DNA of 64,000 bases, taken from Octopus vulgaris (Eukaryota). Positions 1 to 11,048 of this stretch are shown here, piece by piece. Every line of letters starts with the position of its first letter. The first letter of the stretch is position 1. The stretch is taken from positions 32,116,001 through 32,180,000 of the forward strand of contig OX597822.1 of NCBI GenBank assembly GCA_951406725.2. Reading direction: 5' to 3'. The translations under genes and the position numbers were made by a program. The notes beneath the pieces are model-generated. The model was not told the DNA's origin, did not search any database, and worked only from the letters and a program-made list of their open reading frames with translations.

Positions 1-260
1 GAAGCAAGCTACTTACCAAACAACCACGCCAGCGCCTATACAGAAATTTATAAATGCATGCTACATTCTGCGTGTAAAAAAACTGCGACTAGCATAACCA
101 CTGGGCACCTTCTGTTCTGTTGCCGTGAGTTGGTGTTAGTAATGTCAAACACTGTAACCTGCATGCTGTTTGTATGGATACATATATAGTTGTATCCATG
201 TATGTAAGTGCGTATGTAGGTATACATATATTTATACGTATGTATGCTTGTCTGTCTGCA

Positions 261-304
<44 letters not shown>

Positions 305-340
305 TTGAGTTGTGGGGTATCGCACGAGTGGGATTATATA

Positions 341-441
341 AGAAAAAAGGTTTGAAAATGCAATTTAAACGATGTTTATTTAGAGTGAAACCGGTTAAGT
401 AAATAAACATCGTTTAAATTGCATTTTCAAACCTTTTTTCT
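341..441. repeat. Perfect 42-bp inverted repeat with 17-nt spacer, between (TA)n runs
   Basis: 341-382 agaaaaaaggtttgaaaatgcaatttaaacgatgtttattta is the exact reverse complement of 400-441. Confidence 0.95.
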
Positions 442-676
442 ATATATATATATATATATATATAGTTATTGAAGTAGATAAATGAATTATCTTATTACGG
501 ATAATTCGAAAGATAACCGATACCTGGGTACCAAAATTCACAACAGAAAGGGTACGGTTGAAGTTACGACCATGGGGCATAAAATCCGTGCCTTAGTGCG
601 GATATTTGAAGTTTTATATATTAAGTATAGGAAAGAATGGAGCTGAACGAAGATTTAACAAAATTCCTTTATTTTA

Positions 677-760
677 TTTTCGACATATGTTTCGAAGTCT
701 GCAAAGTCCCTAATTCCGATTGAATAAGGAGTCCATTTTGCAGCTTTCTCTTCAGGAAAA
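677..760 (-). ncRNA. Type I hammerhead ribozyme with long stem II
   Basis: Minus strand reads ttttc-CTGAAGA-(~55 nt, ctgcaaa...tttgcag)-GAAAC-atat-GTC-gaaaa. Stem I is ttttc/gaaaa and stem III is the palindrome acatatgt. Confidence 0.8.
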
Positions 761-1323
761 TCCAGGAACTTAATTCTCCAACAAAATGCAGAACAAGCTT
801 TTCGACAAACGCTCACGCGGAGCCCACGAAATTACTGATACAAAATGTCTATTTATATGCGTTGACGCCAGATTGGATGAAAGCAGAAGAGATTGTCCGT
901 TGAGATAGTTCAAGGTCAGAATCAAGGTAGTAGAAGGAGGGTACAGGAAAATCAAAGAGTGTGAATGTATTCTGTATGACTGGTGTTTATATTTGATTTA
1001 TTTTATGAATGAGTGCTAGAATGTATGAGTGTGAAAAATTGCCTTAATGTATATGTGTGCGCGTCTTTGAATGCGTGACAGTGTGTTTTGAAGGCAGAGA
1101 GAGAGAGAGATAGCAAGAATTGACGGACAAGAAACTGAAAAGGCTGTGTCTGTGTGTTCGAATGTGACAACTTAATAGAGAGAGGGTGTCCACAATAGCA
1201 ATGACAAGATACAGTGTTGCTGTAGGGATTGGTAGTAGTTCTTGACAACTATGATAAAGTCTTTTATACTAACAGGCATGAGATATCACCTTTCAAATTT
1301 TTTTAGGAAGTCTATATTAGACT

Positions 1324-2673
1324 TCATTGGTATGAGAAAAAGGTATGCCTTTTCCAGTGGAGGCATCTGAAAGAACTCTGCACAATCGAGTTTACAAGCC
1401 GTCCTCGGGCGAACAAAATATGAAATAGTTCGGAGTTACAAAGGGCACAGATTTTTTTTTCCCTTATCAAACGGTAAAGACACCGATAAAATTGACCATT
1501 CCAGTCTAAAAGTTGAATTCGCGTTCTTCAAACGCCAGACTAATTTGCTTAGCCCAGTAGCGTGTTGCTTATCCCTATCTCGGAACGTGGAAAAATGGTT
1601 CGATATTCTTGTGGCTAATTTTGATGATGTAGCGCCGATATAAAGGAAGACATCGGATTCAGTATAAACTCTGCACTGATAAATGACGTTTCTAATTTTG
1701 GAGTTGCTAGATAAGAACCTTAATCTATTGGGATTGGTTTCCGATACTAATACAGCGTTCTTATTACTATGATGGTTGTAAAAACTACCGCTGGATTCGA
1801 TACTATTCACCCCATTATCATTACTATTTAAGGCAATATCACCTGCATATTCCCTGTTACTGGGAATGCTGTGATTGATAATGTCCGTAAAACTACTGTT
1901 GTTAAAACCGCTGCTAATATTATTGTTGGGACTCCCTTCGTTAATGACGAGATCAGTGCTCTTATCCTTATTACTGTTACTAACTCCAATGTTGGTATGA
2001 AGGCTGCTAATATCTTTGCTACTTCTATTATTATTATTATTACTATGCGTTATGTTGGAATTTGACGGGGCAGAGTCTCTGCTCATGGGTGAGAGGGCCT
2101 TATTTAGCAGCTTATAGTTATGGGAGGCAATTATCTGTGAAATATTTTTAGTATTTGAGAAAGCTATCCTTACTTTGTGCGAATTTATAGTGGAGTAATA
2201 TCTCGAATTTCTGGGAAAATTTCTGGCAATGGCTTGGCGAAACTGCAACGGTAGGTTAGATCTTATTTGTTTACCAAAGGGAATCACAAACCAGATATAG
2301 TTTTTCATGTTCTTGTACTGGCTCGGAGATTCAACTCTTACATTAAGGGGGGCATCTCTGGGTTGAATAATGGGTTTTGGCCTACGATGGCCTCCCATGG
2401 ACCGCAAATTATTTATGTTATCTATATTTGTGTTAGCTGTACTTGTGTCGACATTCCTAAAGCTACCATCACTACTTATATTATTTATATTACTGTAAGT
2501 TGACTTATCCTGATGATAAAATTCTGGTTTCGGAAGGGCCGGGTCTAAATATGTTACCTTTTCCCTATACCCGGCTTTTGACAGGGCGGCATTATAGAAT
2601 TCCGCTTTATGCTTAAAAATGTCGACGTTGGCAGATAAATTTGATAATCTTAGAGAAATATTTTTAACTAAAT
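1324..2673 (-). pseudogene. PLE RT-thumb/linker/GIY-YIG endonuclease, frameshifted
   Basis: Shifting frame in the T9 run at ~1452-1460 continues the protein as ICALCNSELFHILF...VNS...RCLHWKRHTFFSYQ*, restoring the CxxC..E...N...CxH C-terminus. The ORF's ATG (2740) lies in an antisense SINE and is not native. Confidence 0.8.
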
Positions 2674-2732
2674 ATGCATTTATAAATTTCTGTATAGGCG
2701 CTGGCGTGGTTGTTTGGCAAGTAGCTTGCTTC
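2674..2732. repeat. Inverted duplicate of window positions 1-59 (SINE head plus unique flank)
   Basis: 58/59 identity to the reverse complement of 1-59, including about 21 bp of non-SINE flank. Confidence 0.9.
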
Positions 2733-2850
2733 CCAACCATATGCTACCGGATTCAGTCCCACATTGGGCAAGTGTTTTCTACTATACCCTCGGGTCGACC
2801 AAAGTCTTGTGAATGGATTTAGTAAACAGAAACTGAAAGAAGCCCGCTTT
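2695..2850 (+). mobile_element. tRNA-derived SINE family A, 5' part
   Basis: ggcgc.gg.gtgg...gtagcttgct...gggcaagtg...gaaactgaaagaagcccg, shared with many copies in the window. Confidence 0.8.
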
Positions 2851-3371
2851 GTACATACTCACACACACATACATGTTATATATGTTTTAGTTTGTATACG
2901 TTAAAGATTTTTAAGCTCGTGTCATGGCTATCTGAATAGCACCACATTAATTTTTTTCGCAAATCAGTGGTTTGTCTAGTAATTATTGGCGATTAATTCG
3001 ATTCTTGTGGGAATCTTTGATTCTATCGTGATTCAAAATAATAGTGACTAAAGCTGGACTGGCAGTATTTGTGCCACAGATTTATGTGACAAGATCTTTG
3101 TTTTTTTTTAATTTTAATTTATGTACATTTTTTGCTTCAAATATGACACTAAAGTTATTCATAATTTCCCTCTAGTTGTCTCTAGGTTCATATCTGTTAT
3201 GTTGAGGATTTTGGCCTAAATTCTGTATGCTGCGAAACAAGGCTACAGAGAACTATGTCATGGTCTGAGAGATTTGTTTTTCTATCATGTTACAGATGGT
3301 GCTAGCATGGTTTCTTAATATTTACTTCAAATTTTGACACAAGGCCAGCAGTTCCTGGGCAGGGGTTATTC

Positions 3372-3995
3372 CTTATTTTTTTATTGCCGACAAGCGGCTA
3401 AACATAGAGGGGACAAACAAGGACAGACAAAGAGAATAAGTCGATTACATGAACCCCAGTGCGTTACTAGTACTTTATTTATCATCTTAACTCAGAACGT
3501 AACGGCAGACGAAATACTGCTAAACATTGCGCTTAGCATACTAACGTTTCTTATTTCTTTACTGCCCACAAGGGGCTAAACATAGAGGGAACAAACAAGG
3601 TCAGACAAAGGGATTAAGTCGATTAGATCGATCCCAGTGCGTAACTGGTACTTAATTTATCGACCCCGAAAGGATGAAAGGTAAAGTCGACCTCGGTGGA
3701 ATTTGAACTCAGAATGTAAAGACAGACGAAATACTGCTAAGCATTGCGCCTGGCATACTAACGTTTCTTATTTCTTTACTGCCCACAAGGGGCTAAACAT
3801 AGAGGGAACAAACAAGGTCAGACAAAGGGATTAAGTCGATTAGATCGATCCCAGCGGGTAACTGGTACTTAATTTATCGACCACGAAAGGATGAAAGGTA
3901 AAGTCGACCTCGGTAAAATTTGAACTCAGAGCGTAACGGCAGACGAAATACCGCTAAGCATTTCGCCCGGCATGCTAACGTTTATGCCAGCTCGC
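3372..3995 (-). mobile_element. Head-to-tail array of three SINE family B units (period ~217 bp)
   Basis: Repeated aaggggctaaacatagag...gtcgacctcgg...gaactcagaacgtaa...ctaacgttt. The central ggtcgactttgcctttcatcctttcggggtcgataaa resembles the Meta/Sauria-type SINE domain (recalled). Confidence 0.85.
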
Positions 3996-4239
3996 AGGGG
4001 TTAATTCTATTACGTTAACCCCAGTGCTCAACTGATTTTTGTTATAGTAACTTTGGTGTCGATGTTTGGCACACGGCTATAAATTTTAATGAGAGTATAT
4101 GTCGATTATATCGACACCAGTATTCAACTGGTACTTATTTCATCAGTCTAGAAATAATGAAAGGCAAAGACAACCTCGGTTGAATCTGAACTCAGAACGT
4201 AAAGACGGATGAACTATCGCTAAGTATTTGACTGAGCGA

Positions 4240-4442
4240 ATAGTAATAATATTAGTAATAGTGGTGCTGGTGCTGGTGATGCTGATAGTAGTAGTATAAA
4301 TGATGATGATAGTGGTGGTGGTGATGGTGGTGAAAGCATCACTAGCAGCAACACCAGTAGCAGCAGTAGTAGTAGTATTAGTAGTATTAGCAGTAGCAAC
4401 AGTAGTAGTAGTAGCAGCAGCAATAACAGCAACAGCAGCAGC

Positions 4443-4511
<69 letters not shown>

Positions 4512-4770
4512 TATAATTTTTGCTGCTGATGACGACGACAACGATTACAACGATGGTTATGAAGATGGTACTGCAGCTGAAGATAACAATGATGATGATG
4601 GTGTTGATGATGATAATGGTGGTGATGATGATGATGATGATGATGACGGCGACGACGACGACGACGAAGATGCTAATGCTGTTGTTGCTGCTGTTGTTGT
4701 TGTTGTTGGTGGTGGTCGTCGTCGTTGTCGTCATCACAGTAGTGGTGATGATGATGACGACGATGAATAT
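4240..4770. repeat. Compound trinucleotide microsatellite mosaic (TAG/GAT/GTT/GAC/GGT)
   Basis: Read directly; it explains the homopolymer-rich ORFs at 4143-4818. Confidence 0.95.
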
Positions 4771-5503
4771 ATAGGTTCGGTTGCCATGGTGATGGATGTG
4801 GAGCTTAGCGAATGTTGAGGATAGGCTTTACCATAAGAAGCGGAATAGACAGTTACGAGGTGACTGAAGTCAGTGCCAAGTAGAGATTGTTTCTCTTGTG
4901 CAATTTTTTTTTTGTTTTTTTTATTGCCGCTGAACGCAGCAGAAGAAAATATTAAACGGTGGTTTGTGCATTTCTATATTTCTTTATTTGATTATCTATT
5001 TACTTAAGTTGTACATCGGTATAAAGCAAACAAGACATGCCTGACTAAGACAGGTATATAATACACTTTATATAAAAAGGAGAAGCACAGCAAACAAAAA
5101 TGAACAATAAAACGAAAAGAACGCAAAGGGCAGAAGTAGTATACTGATAAAGAATAGCTAAATGTTTCTGTAGTTGAATTTTTATGTAACCCTATGAACA
5201 AGAAGATCATTTTGATGATTGATGGATCCTTGAAAATAGAATGCATCACCAACAATGATAGCAGTTTTAAAGCCGCTTAAAAAATGTTCTATATCTCTCA
5301 GACTAGTAATCTTTACTTTGGAACTTGACATGTCATGGGGTCTCTGAATAGCACAACAAGAAAATAAAATTGGTTGCGTAACAGAATATATTCTAAAGTA
5401 GTATTCCGTTTGAAGCGAACAAAGTCTTTGTTTTGATAACCTTGCTCAATAGGATTGGCTTTAAATGGGTTATTTACTGAGAGGAAAAGTTTTCGATATC
5501 TGC

Positions 5504-5857
5504 TTTATTACCTCCGCCTGAGTGAAGACTGAGCTATTGTTTTCAATCGTCTATGTTTGACTTTAGACAAGATATCTCAAGAACTTCTTGATGGATTCTG
5601 ATGAAACTTTCAAGGATGTTTGGCCACGTGACTGGCACGAATTGATAATGTTTTAGGATTGATCAGGTACCGGAAAAGGATTCTGGATTATTTTTTCCTT
5701 TTTTTTTTTAATTAATTGTTGAGAACAGTCTGGTTCATTTTTAGTATTCTCGTTTGAGAGACCAGTCTAATTTATTTCAGATCTTCTCATTCTAAAATCG
5801 TTAAGAGCACGTTTATGTTGCTTTGGCGGAGATTTGCGCACTCTGAGTGCACTTGTT
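5504..5857 (+). mobile_element. Non-autonomous Helentron/Helitron2-associated (HINE/DINE-like) element
   Basis: 5' tttattacctccgcc; subterminal inverted ggcggag at 5825-5831; 3' hairpin gcactc-t-gagtgc at 5838-5850; T-rich ends; internal ggatt.tgatgaaactt motif. Confidence 0.65.
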
Positions 5858-6119
5858 TAATTTGTTTTTAGTGTTTCTACAATAATCGATTGGGGCAAAT
5901 TTGGCAGTAATGTTAGTGAAACATGTATCATGTGACATGCACGCCCGATGCTTCGGAGAAGACCTACACGTTCGATGATCTTAATATCAAATTTCCTCTC
6001 TGTCAATTTATGATTCTTATTGGATCTGTTCATCATGTTGTAGGATTTTGTAGTATTGTTCGTGAAGATACCTTCTGTTTATTTATACATTATTGTTATT
6101 ATTATAATCATCATCATCA

Positions 6120-6175
<56 letters not shown>

Positions 6176-6199
6176 AAGAGAGAGAATAAAAAAACTGAA

Positions 6200-6495
6200 C
6201 AAATACGACGTTTGGAAGTGGGAAACATGAAGGTTGTAGTCAATGTGGAGAGTAGACGTGACGTCAATAGTAATTTGCGTACTTGGGAGTACCAACAGGA
6301 CTCAAAAAGATTGGTACAAATATAAAGAGAACGCCTACAACAATCAGCATTGCTTGGAACTACATGAGTTCTTTGTAGAGTTCTTGAAACATGACCAGTA
6401 AACAAATGTCAGCTTTGTCTGCTAGCTATGGACACGGACACTTTCCATCATGCTCAGCAAAATAAGCTGAGACTTTTCATCAAACGATAATAATT
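6200..6495 (+). mobile_element. Degenerate RLE (R4/Dong-like) LINE 3' end
   Basis: Encodes LQQSALLGTT*VLCRVLET and ends in ataataat. Its 3' UTR matches the minus-strand copy at ~34508-34610. Confidence 0.6.
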
Positions 6496-6602
6496 CAATA
6501 TTTCTGATTTTGGTGATCAATGAATAAACTTTACTGAAAAAAAAAAAAAAATATATATTTACGAAGTCTACACAAATATCTTCAGCTAGCAGGCCTTGCT
6601 AC

Positions 6603-6648
6603 TCTAGACTGATGATGGGCAAGACCCAGAAACATGCATGTCTCTAGA
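6603..6648 (+). ncRNA. Canonical minimal type I hammerhead ribozyme
   Basis: tctaga-CTGATGA(6609-6615)-tggg caaga ccca-GAAAC(6629-6633)-atgcat-GTC(6640-6642)-tctaga. All three stems pair, and stem I extends imperfectly out to 6552/6696. Confidence 0.92.
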
Positions 6649-7000
6649 CGCAGGCCTAGCTGTTGGGGGTGTTTGTCTCCCCTTCGTAAATATATAAGGA
6701 CACAAGAAATGTGTCAAGGCCGACAGGAAGCTTCGATGCTTCCAAGGGCTAAATAGCGGTGGTATAATCCCTTTACGGGACTGTCACGTTAAGTTGACAG
6801 TATACAACCACAATAGTACTAATAATAATCAGAAGACACTCCTTCCAGCAAAATCCCAGATAATTACATCGCTTGTAGAAACATTATGCAATCATACAAT
6901 CACCTCATCAGTGTCCTCTAGTAAGTACAATAATTGATGTTAAATTGCAAAATATATATATATTATTTTTCCACCATACTACAAATAATTAACAAACTCG

Positions 7001-7933
7001 CATATCACATATACTATATATAAAAAATACAAAAATGGGACAAGAACGCAAAACATCCAGAAAGTTAGGTGAAACAAAAAAAGGAAAACAAAATGTCCAA
7101 ACAGACAATACAAGGAAAACAAAGACGGATCATTCGGAGTTTTCTTTCCTCAGTCGAGTTCCAGATTATCTTTGCAATTTCGGCTGGTTATACTCGAGAT
7201 TGCTCCAATCTGGCCAGCCCCAAGGAAAAATAAGCTAAGAGCATTACATTCCTTGGAAGAAAGCAGCGAATGTATACGAAACAAGGACGAAAAAAAAACA
7301 GAAATTTTATACAAATATAAATAACAGGACATAACAACAGGTGTCTTTCGACTAAGGACGAATTAAATTAAGCTGGCGTGTGTGGAAGTAAAGCCTTACA
7401 GCAGGGACATATGATTTAACAAGCATAGGAAAGAATATAGATGTTGCACGGACAATAGTCCTACTAAGAAAGAAAGGTCAGGCCTAGCCGAAGACCGGTC
7501 ACGTGGGAAGAGAAGAGAGAGAGGTAGAGGCAGAGAGATAGAAGAATTAAGGAGGGGCGAGAGAAAAATGAAAGAGACACAATGAAGTGAAAGTGGGAAA
7601 ATGAGTATGAAGAGAAGGCCATATCACATATACTATATATATATTAAAAAAAATACAAAATGGGACAAGAACGCAAAACATCCGGACAGCTAGGTAATAC
7701 AAAAAGTGACAAGAAAACATCTAGATGAACGATACAAAGAAAACAAGGACGGGTCATTCGAAGTTTTCTTTCCTCTGTCAAGGACCAGATTTTACTCGCA
7801 ATTTCGGCTGATTATTCTTGAGATTGCTCTAATCTGACCAGCCCCAAGGAAAAACTAAGCTAAGAGCATTAGATTCCTTTGAAGAAAGCAGCGAACGTAT
7901 ACAAAAACCAGGTATAGACAAGCATCATATCAC
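7001..7933. repeat. Partial tandem duplication (7001-7619 and 7620-7925) of a TA-anchored repeat, probably a PLE-type pLTR
   Basis: Both units start catatcacatatactatata..aaaatacaaaa(a)tgggacaagaacgcaaaacatcc. CATATCAC occurs at 7001, 7620 and 7926. A related segment lies at ~42130-42300. Confidence 0.7.
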
Positions 7934-8304
7934 GGATATCCGAACAGTGCAATTTCTATCTCAAATCAAAATATATCCAATCAGAGAGAGAGAGAGAGGG
8001 GGGGTAAGAGGGCGAATAAAGAAACCTATAAAACCATAAAAAAAAAACAGAAGAAAGAAGATGATTGACCAAACTGATAGCGGAGGGTCAGCTCGGATTG
8101 TAAATTAGCTAGCGCTGTCGGTAATGCCGATTATTATAAGATAAAAATACGTATCATGTGCATAACAGATAAAATCATACACATTCAGACACGAACGAAA
8201 GCACGCACGTCCTTGCACCTACATATCTACACATGCATATACACACAATACATGTAAATAAACATTAAATACGAACACACACATACCTATGCACACAAAG
8301 ATAA

Positions 8305-8365
<61 letters not shown>

Positions 8366-8913
8366 TATATATATATATATACATACACACACACGCGCGC
8401 GCACACACACATAGACACACACACAGAAACACACACATATATATATACGTATGCATACGTGAATGCCTGTGCGCACAGACAAACACGTAGCTAAATCCAG
8501 AAGCACATATCCTCGGGAAAATACACACAGACACTCCCGCAACACACACACAATTATGTATGTCTATGTAGATGCAAACACTGAAATAGAATATAAAGTT
8601 AACGGGAAATATCGCGAAAGGCTGTTAGCCTTGCAAGTTCAACTAAAACCATAGTTGTGAATACCGTATAATCCCGTATAATGCTATTGCTCCTGCACTT
8701 ATTCCATTCTTTATTTTAAAGAGAATAGAATGAGTACAGCAATAGCAAACAGGAAGACGGATAGTGTCGCTGGAGAGGACACAGATGTGTGATGAAAGAT
8801 TGCCGAACAATGGACATGAATTATAATAAGAATTGTAATAAACGAGTGAATAACGAACATAGAGACCGTGTGTTTATTTGACAAAAAAAAAATGACCATA
8901 CCGAAATACAACA

Positions 8914-8964
<51 letters not shown>

Positions 8965-9029
8965 AGCACTCATAAACATCAGCTCTCACGGATGAAGAGA
9001 CGGACACATTGATATAAACTGTTTAACTG

Positions 9030-9241
9030 ATTTACCTGCTTCAGTCAATTGACTGCGGCCATGGTGGAGCACCGCCCTTACTCGAGCGAATCGACCCCAG
9101 GACTTATTCTTTGTAAGCCTAATACTTATTCTATCAGTGTCTTGTGCCGAACCGCTTAGTGACGGGGACGTAAACACACCAGCATCGGTTGTCAAGCGAT
9201 GTTGGAGGGACAAACACAGACACACAAACACACACACACAT

Positions 9242-9311
<70 letters not shown>

Positions 9312-9461
9312 TGTGTGTGTGTGTGTGTGTATGTATACATATATGCGACGGGATTCTTTCAATAGTAGAAGACATCTGCCCAAGGTGCCGCGCAGTGGGA
9401 CTGAACCCGGAACCATGTGGTTGGTAAGCAAGCTACTTACCACACAGCCACTCCTGCGCCT
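9030..9461 (-). mobile_element. SINE family A with internal (CA)/(TA) microsatellite
   Basis: Matches the family head (ggcgcaggagtggctgtgtggtaagtagcttgc) and tail; has an internal deletion. Confidence 0.85.
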
Positions 9462-10467
9462 ATGCATCATAATTTTTTTGTTATTTGATCCTTTATTTAA
9501 ACATACGACAGCTGCTTCCTTAATATAATCTAACAATTTTTGCACCGACTAAACGCCATAGACGAACAACCAGGGAAAAGCTTTAATGTTAATGACATAA
9601 ACAAGTTCCCATTAAGAATTTGATTGAAATGGCTGTCATTTTTAACGGCATTGTTGTAATTATGCGTAATATCACGTTTACATTCATAAACTTTGTATAC
9701 TTTATTATGTTCATATCAAGTTACATCAAACAAACACTTCCCAGCGGCCGTTGCTAATGAAGCTGTTGCAATGATGTTCATAGATGACATGCATTATATC
9801 ACAAAACTACACTATTTAAATGCGTGTTATGATCTCTTCTGTGTTGCATGAAATCAATAGATTGATTTGTCTACTTATCAATCATGAATTCTCGTTGATT
9901 TGATTTATATTTAGTGGGTTTTTTTACTGTTCATTTGTTGCATGTCAGACCTAAGTTTTCTCAGTGGTAAATTGTGCATAGCGTTACAAATTGGCATACG
10001 AACAAGATAATAAATATCCTTATTATTTATTTCATAGTTAAGTAATATGATTCTCGAAATAAAATATGGTTCATTATACCACTACACTATTTTTTGCTCA
10101 AAAGCATTGAGATACTCTACTAGTAGGAAATAGCCAAAATGCAGTCACATAACAATAGAATCTTAAAAAGTGGATGAAGATATGCTAATTATAGAAAGAA
10201 TAATACATCTGGAGCAATCAAAAGGGTTGATTGAAAAGTGAATCACACTTTCCAAAGCAAGAAGTCTACTTCATGTACATAGTAAATAACATCGTTCCGA
10301 CAGAAAAGGATGTTAAAATATGTCACCAAATATAGATTCTTCTTGTTAGACGCAGTGTCATAAGGTATTTATCACTAGTGTATGACCTTAAGAAAAGCTT
10401 CTTCAGTGATACTTTTCAGCTAGTGTTACTATAGACCTTCAAGCAGACATACGACAAAAACGATAAA

Positions 10468-10770
10468 CGTCGCCCTTTTCAAGCCAAGCAAGGCTCATGT
10501 GCCTGGTTCCCCGGTTTTTGTGGCGTATGTGCCCCCCCCCAGCTGTACGGGACGCCAATCCATTGCATCGTTATTCAAGAAACAGGAAGAGTGAGTGAGT
10601 GAAGGTTTTAGCGAAAGAGTACAACAGGGGTCGCTACCCCCGAATACTGGAGCCTCGTGGAGCTTTTATGTGTTTTCCCTAAATAAACACACACAACACC
10701 CGGTCTGGAAATCGAAACCGCGATCTTCCAATCGAGAGTCCACTGCCCTAACTACTGGGCCATTGCACCG
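10468..10770 (-). mobile_element. tRNA-derived SINE, third family
   Basis: Minus strand begins ggtgcaatggcccagtagttagggcagtggactctcgattggaagatcgcggtttcgatttccagacc (A/B-box-like tRNA head). Confidence 0.65.
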
Positions 10771-11016
10771 CCACTCAAGCAGACATCCATACACAAATTA
10801 GCAGCCATTTAGATTGCGTTCTACAAAACTGCATCTCGTAAAACGGAAGGTTTATGTGAGATTGTTTTGCAACCAATGATTTCATTTCATATAGTCACGC
10901 ACATTTTGTGTGTTGTCCTTTGCAAAACATTGTACCGTTATGGATACATCGAGATAGATATACACAGGTTAGCCATTCAGTACATACATACATACATACA
11001 TACATACATACATACA

Positions 11017-11048
<32 letters not shown>

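Larger units (their letters stand above)
464..2673 (-). mobile_element. 5'-truncated Penelope-like retroelement (RT C-terminus, GIY-YIG endonuclease, 3' pLTR with hammerhead) ending in (TA)n
   Basis: ORF 1436-2740(-) has NVIYQC...LYIGATS...RISNH...LSKLVWRLK...LEWSIL, a PLE GIY-YIG signature. HHR at 677-760 is on the same strand and the 3' end abuts (TA)n at 441-463. Confidence 0.85.

Noticed and set aside
3372-3995. Regularly repeated units as a CRISPR-like array
   Set aside because: Units are ~217-bp SINE copies with no unique spacers, in a eukaryotic context with no cas genes.
4143-4818. ORFs with poly-T/V/D/L/Y runs (mucin-like or membrane-like)
   Set aside because: Translations of trinucleotide microsatellites, open in several frames on both strands.
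7120-7200. CTGAGGA and GAAA on the minus strand as a hammerhead
   Set aside because: Stems do not pair in any topology, and the second copy lacks the box.
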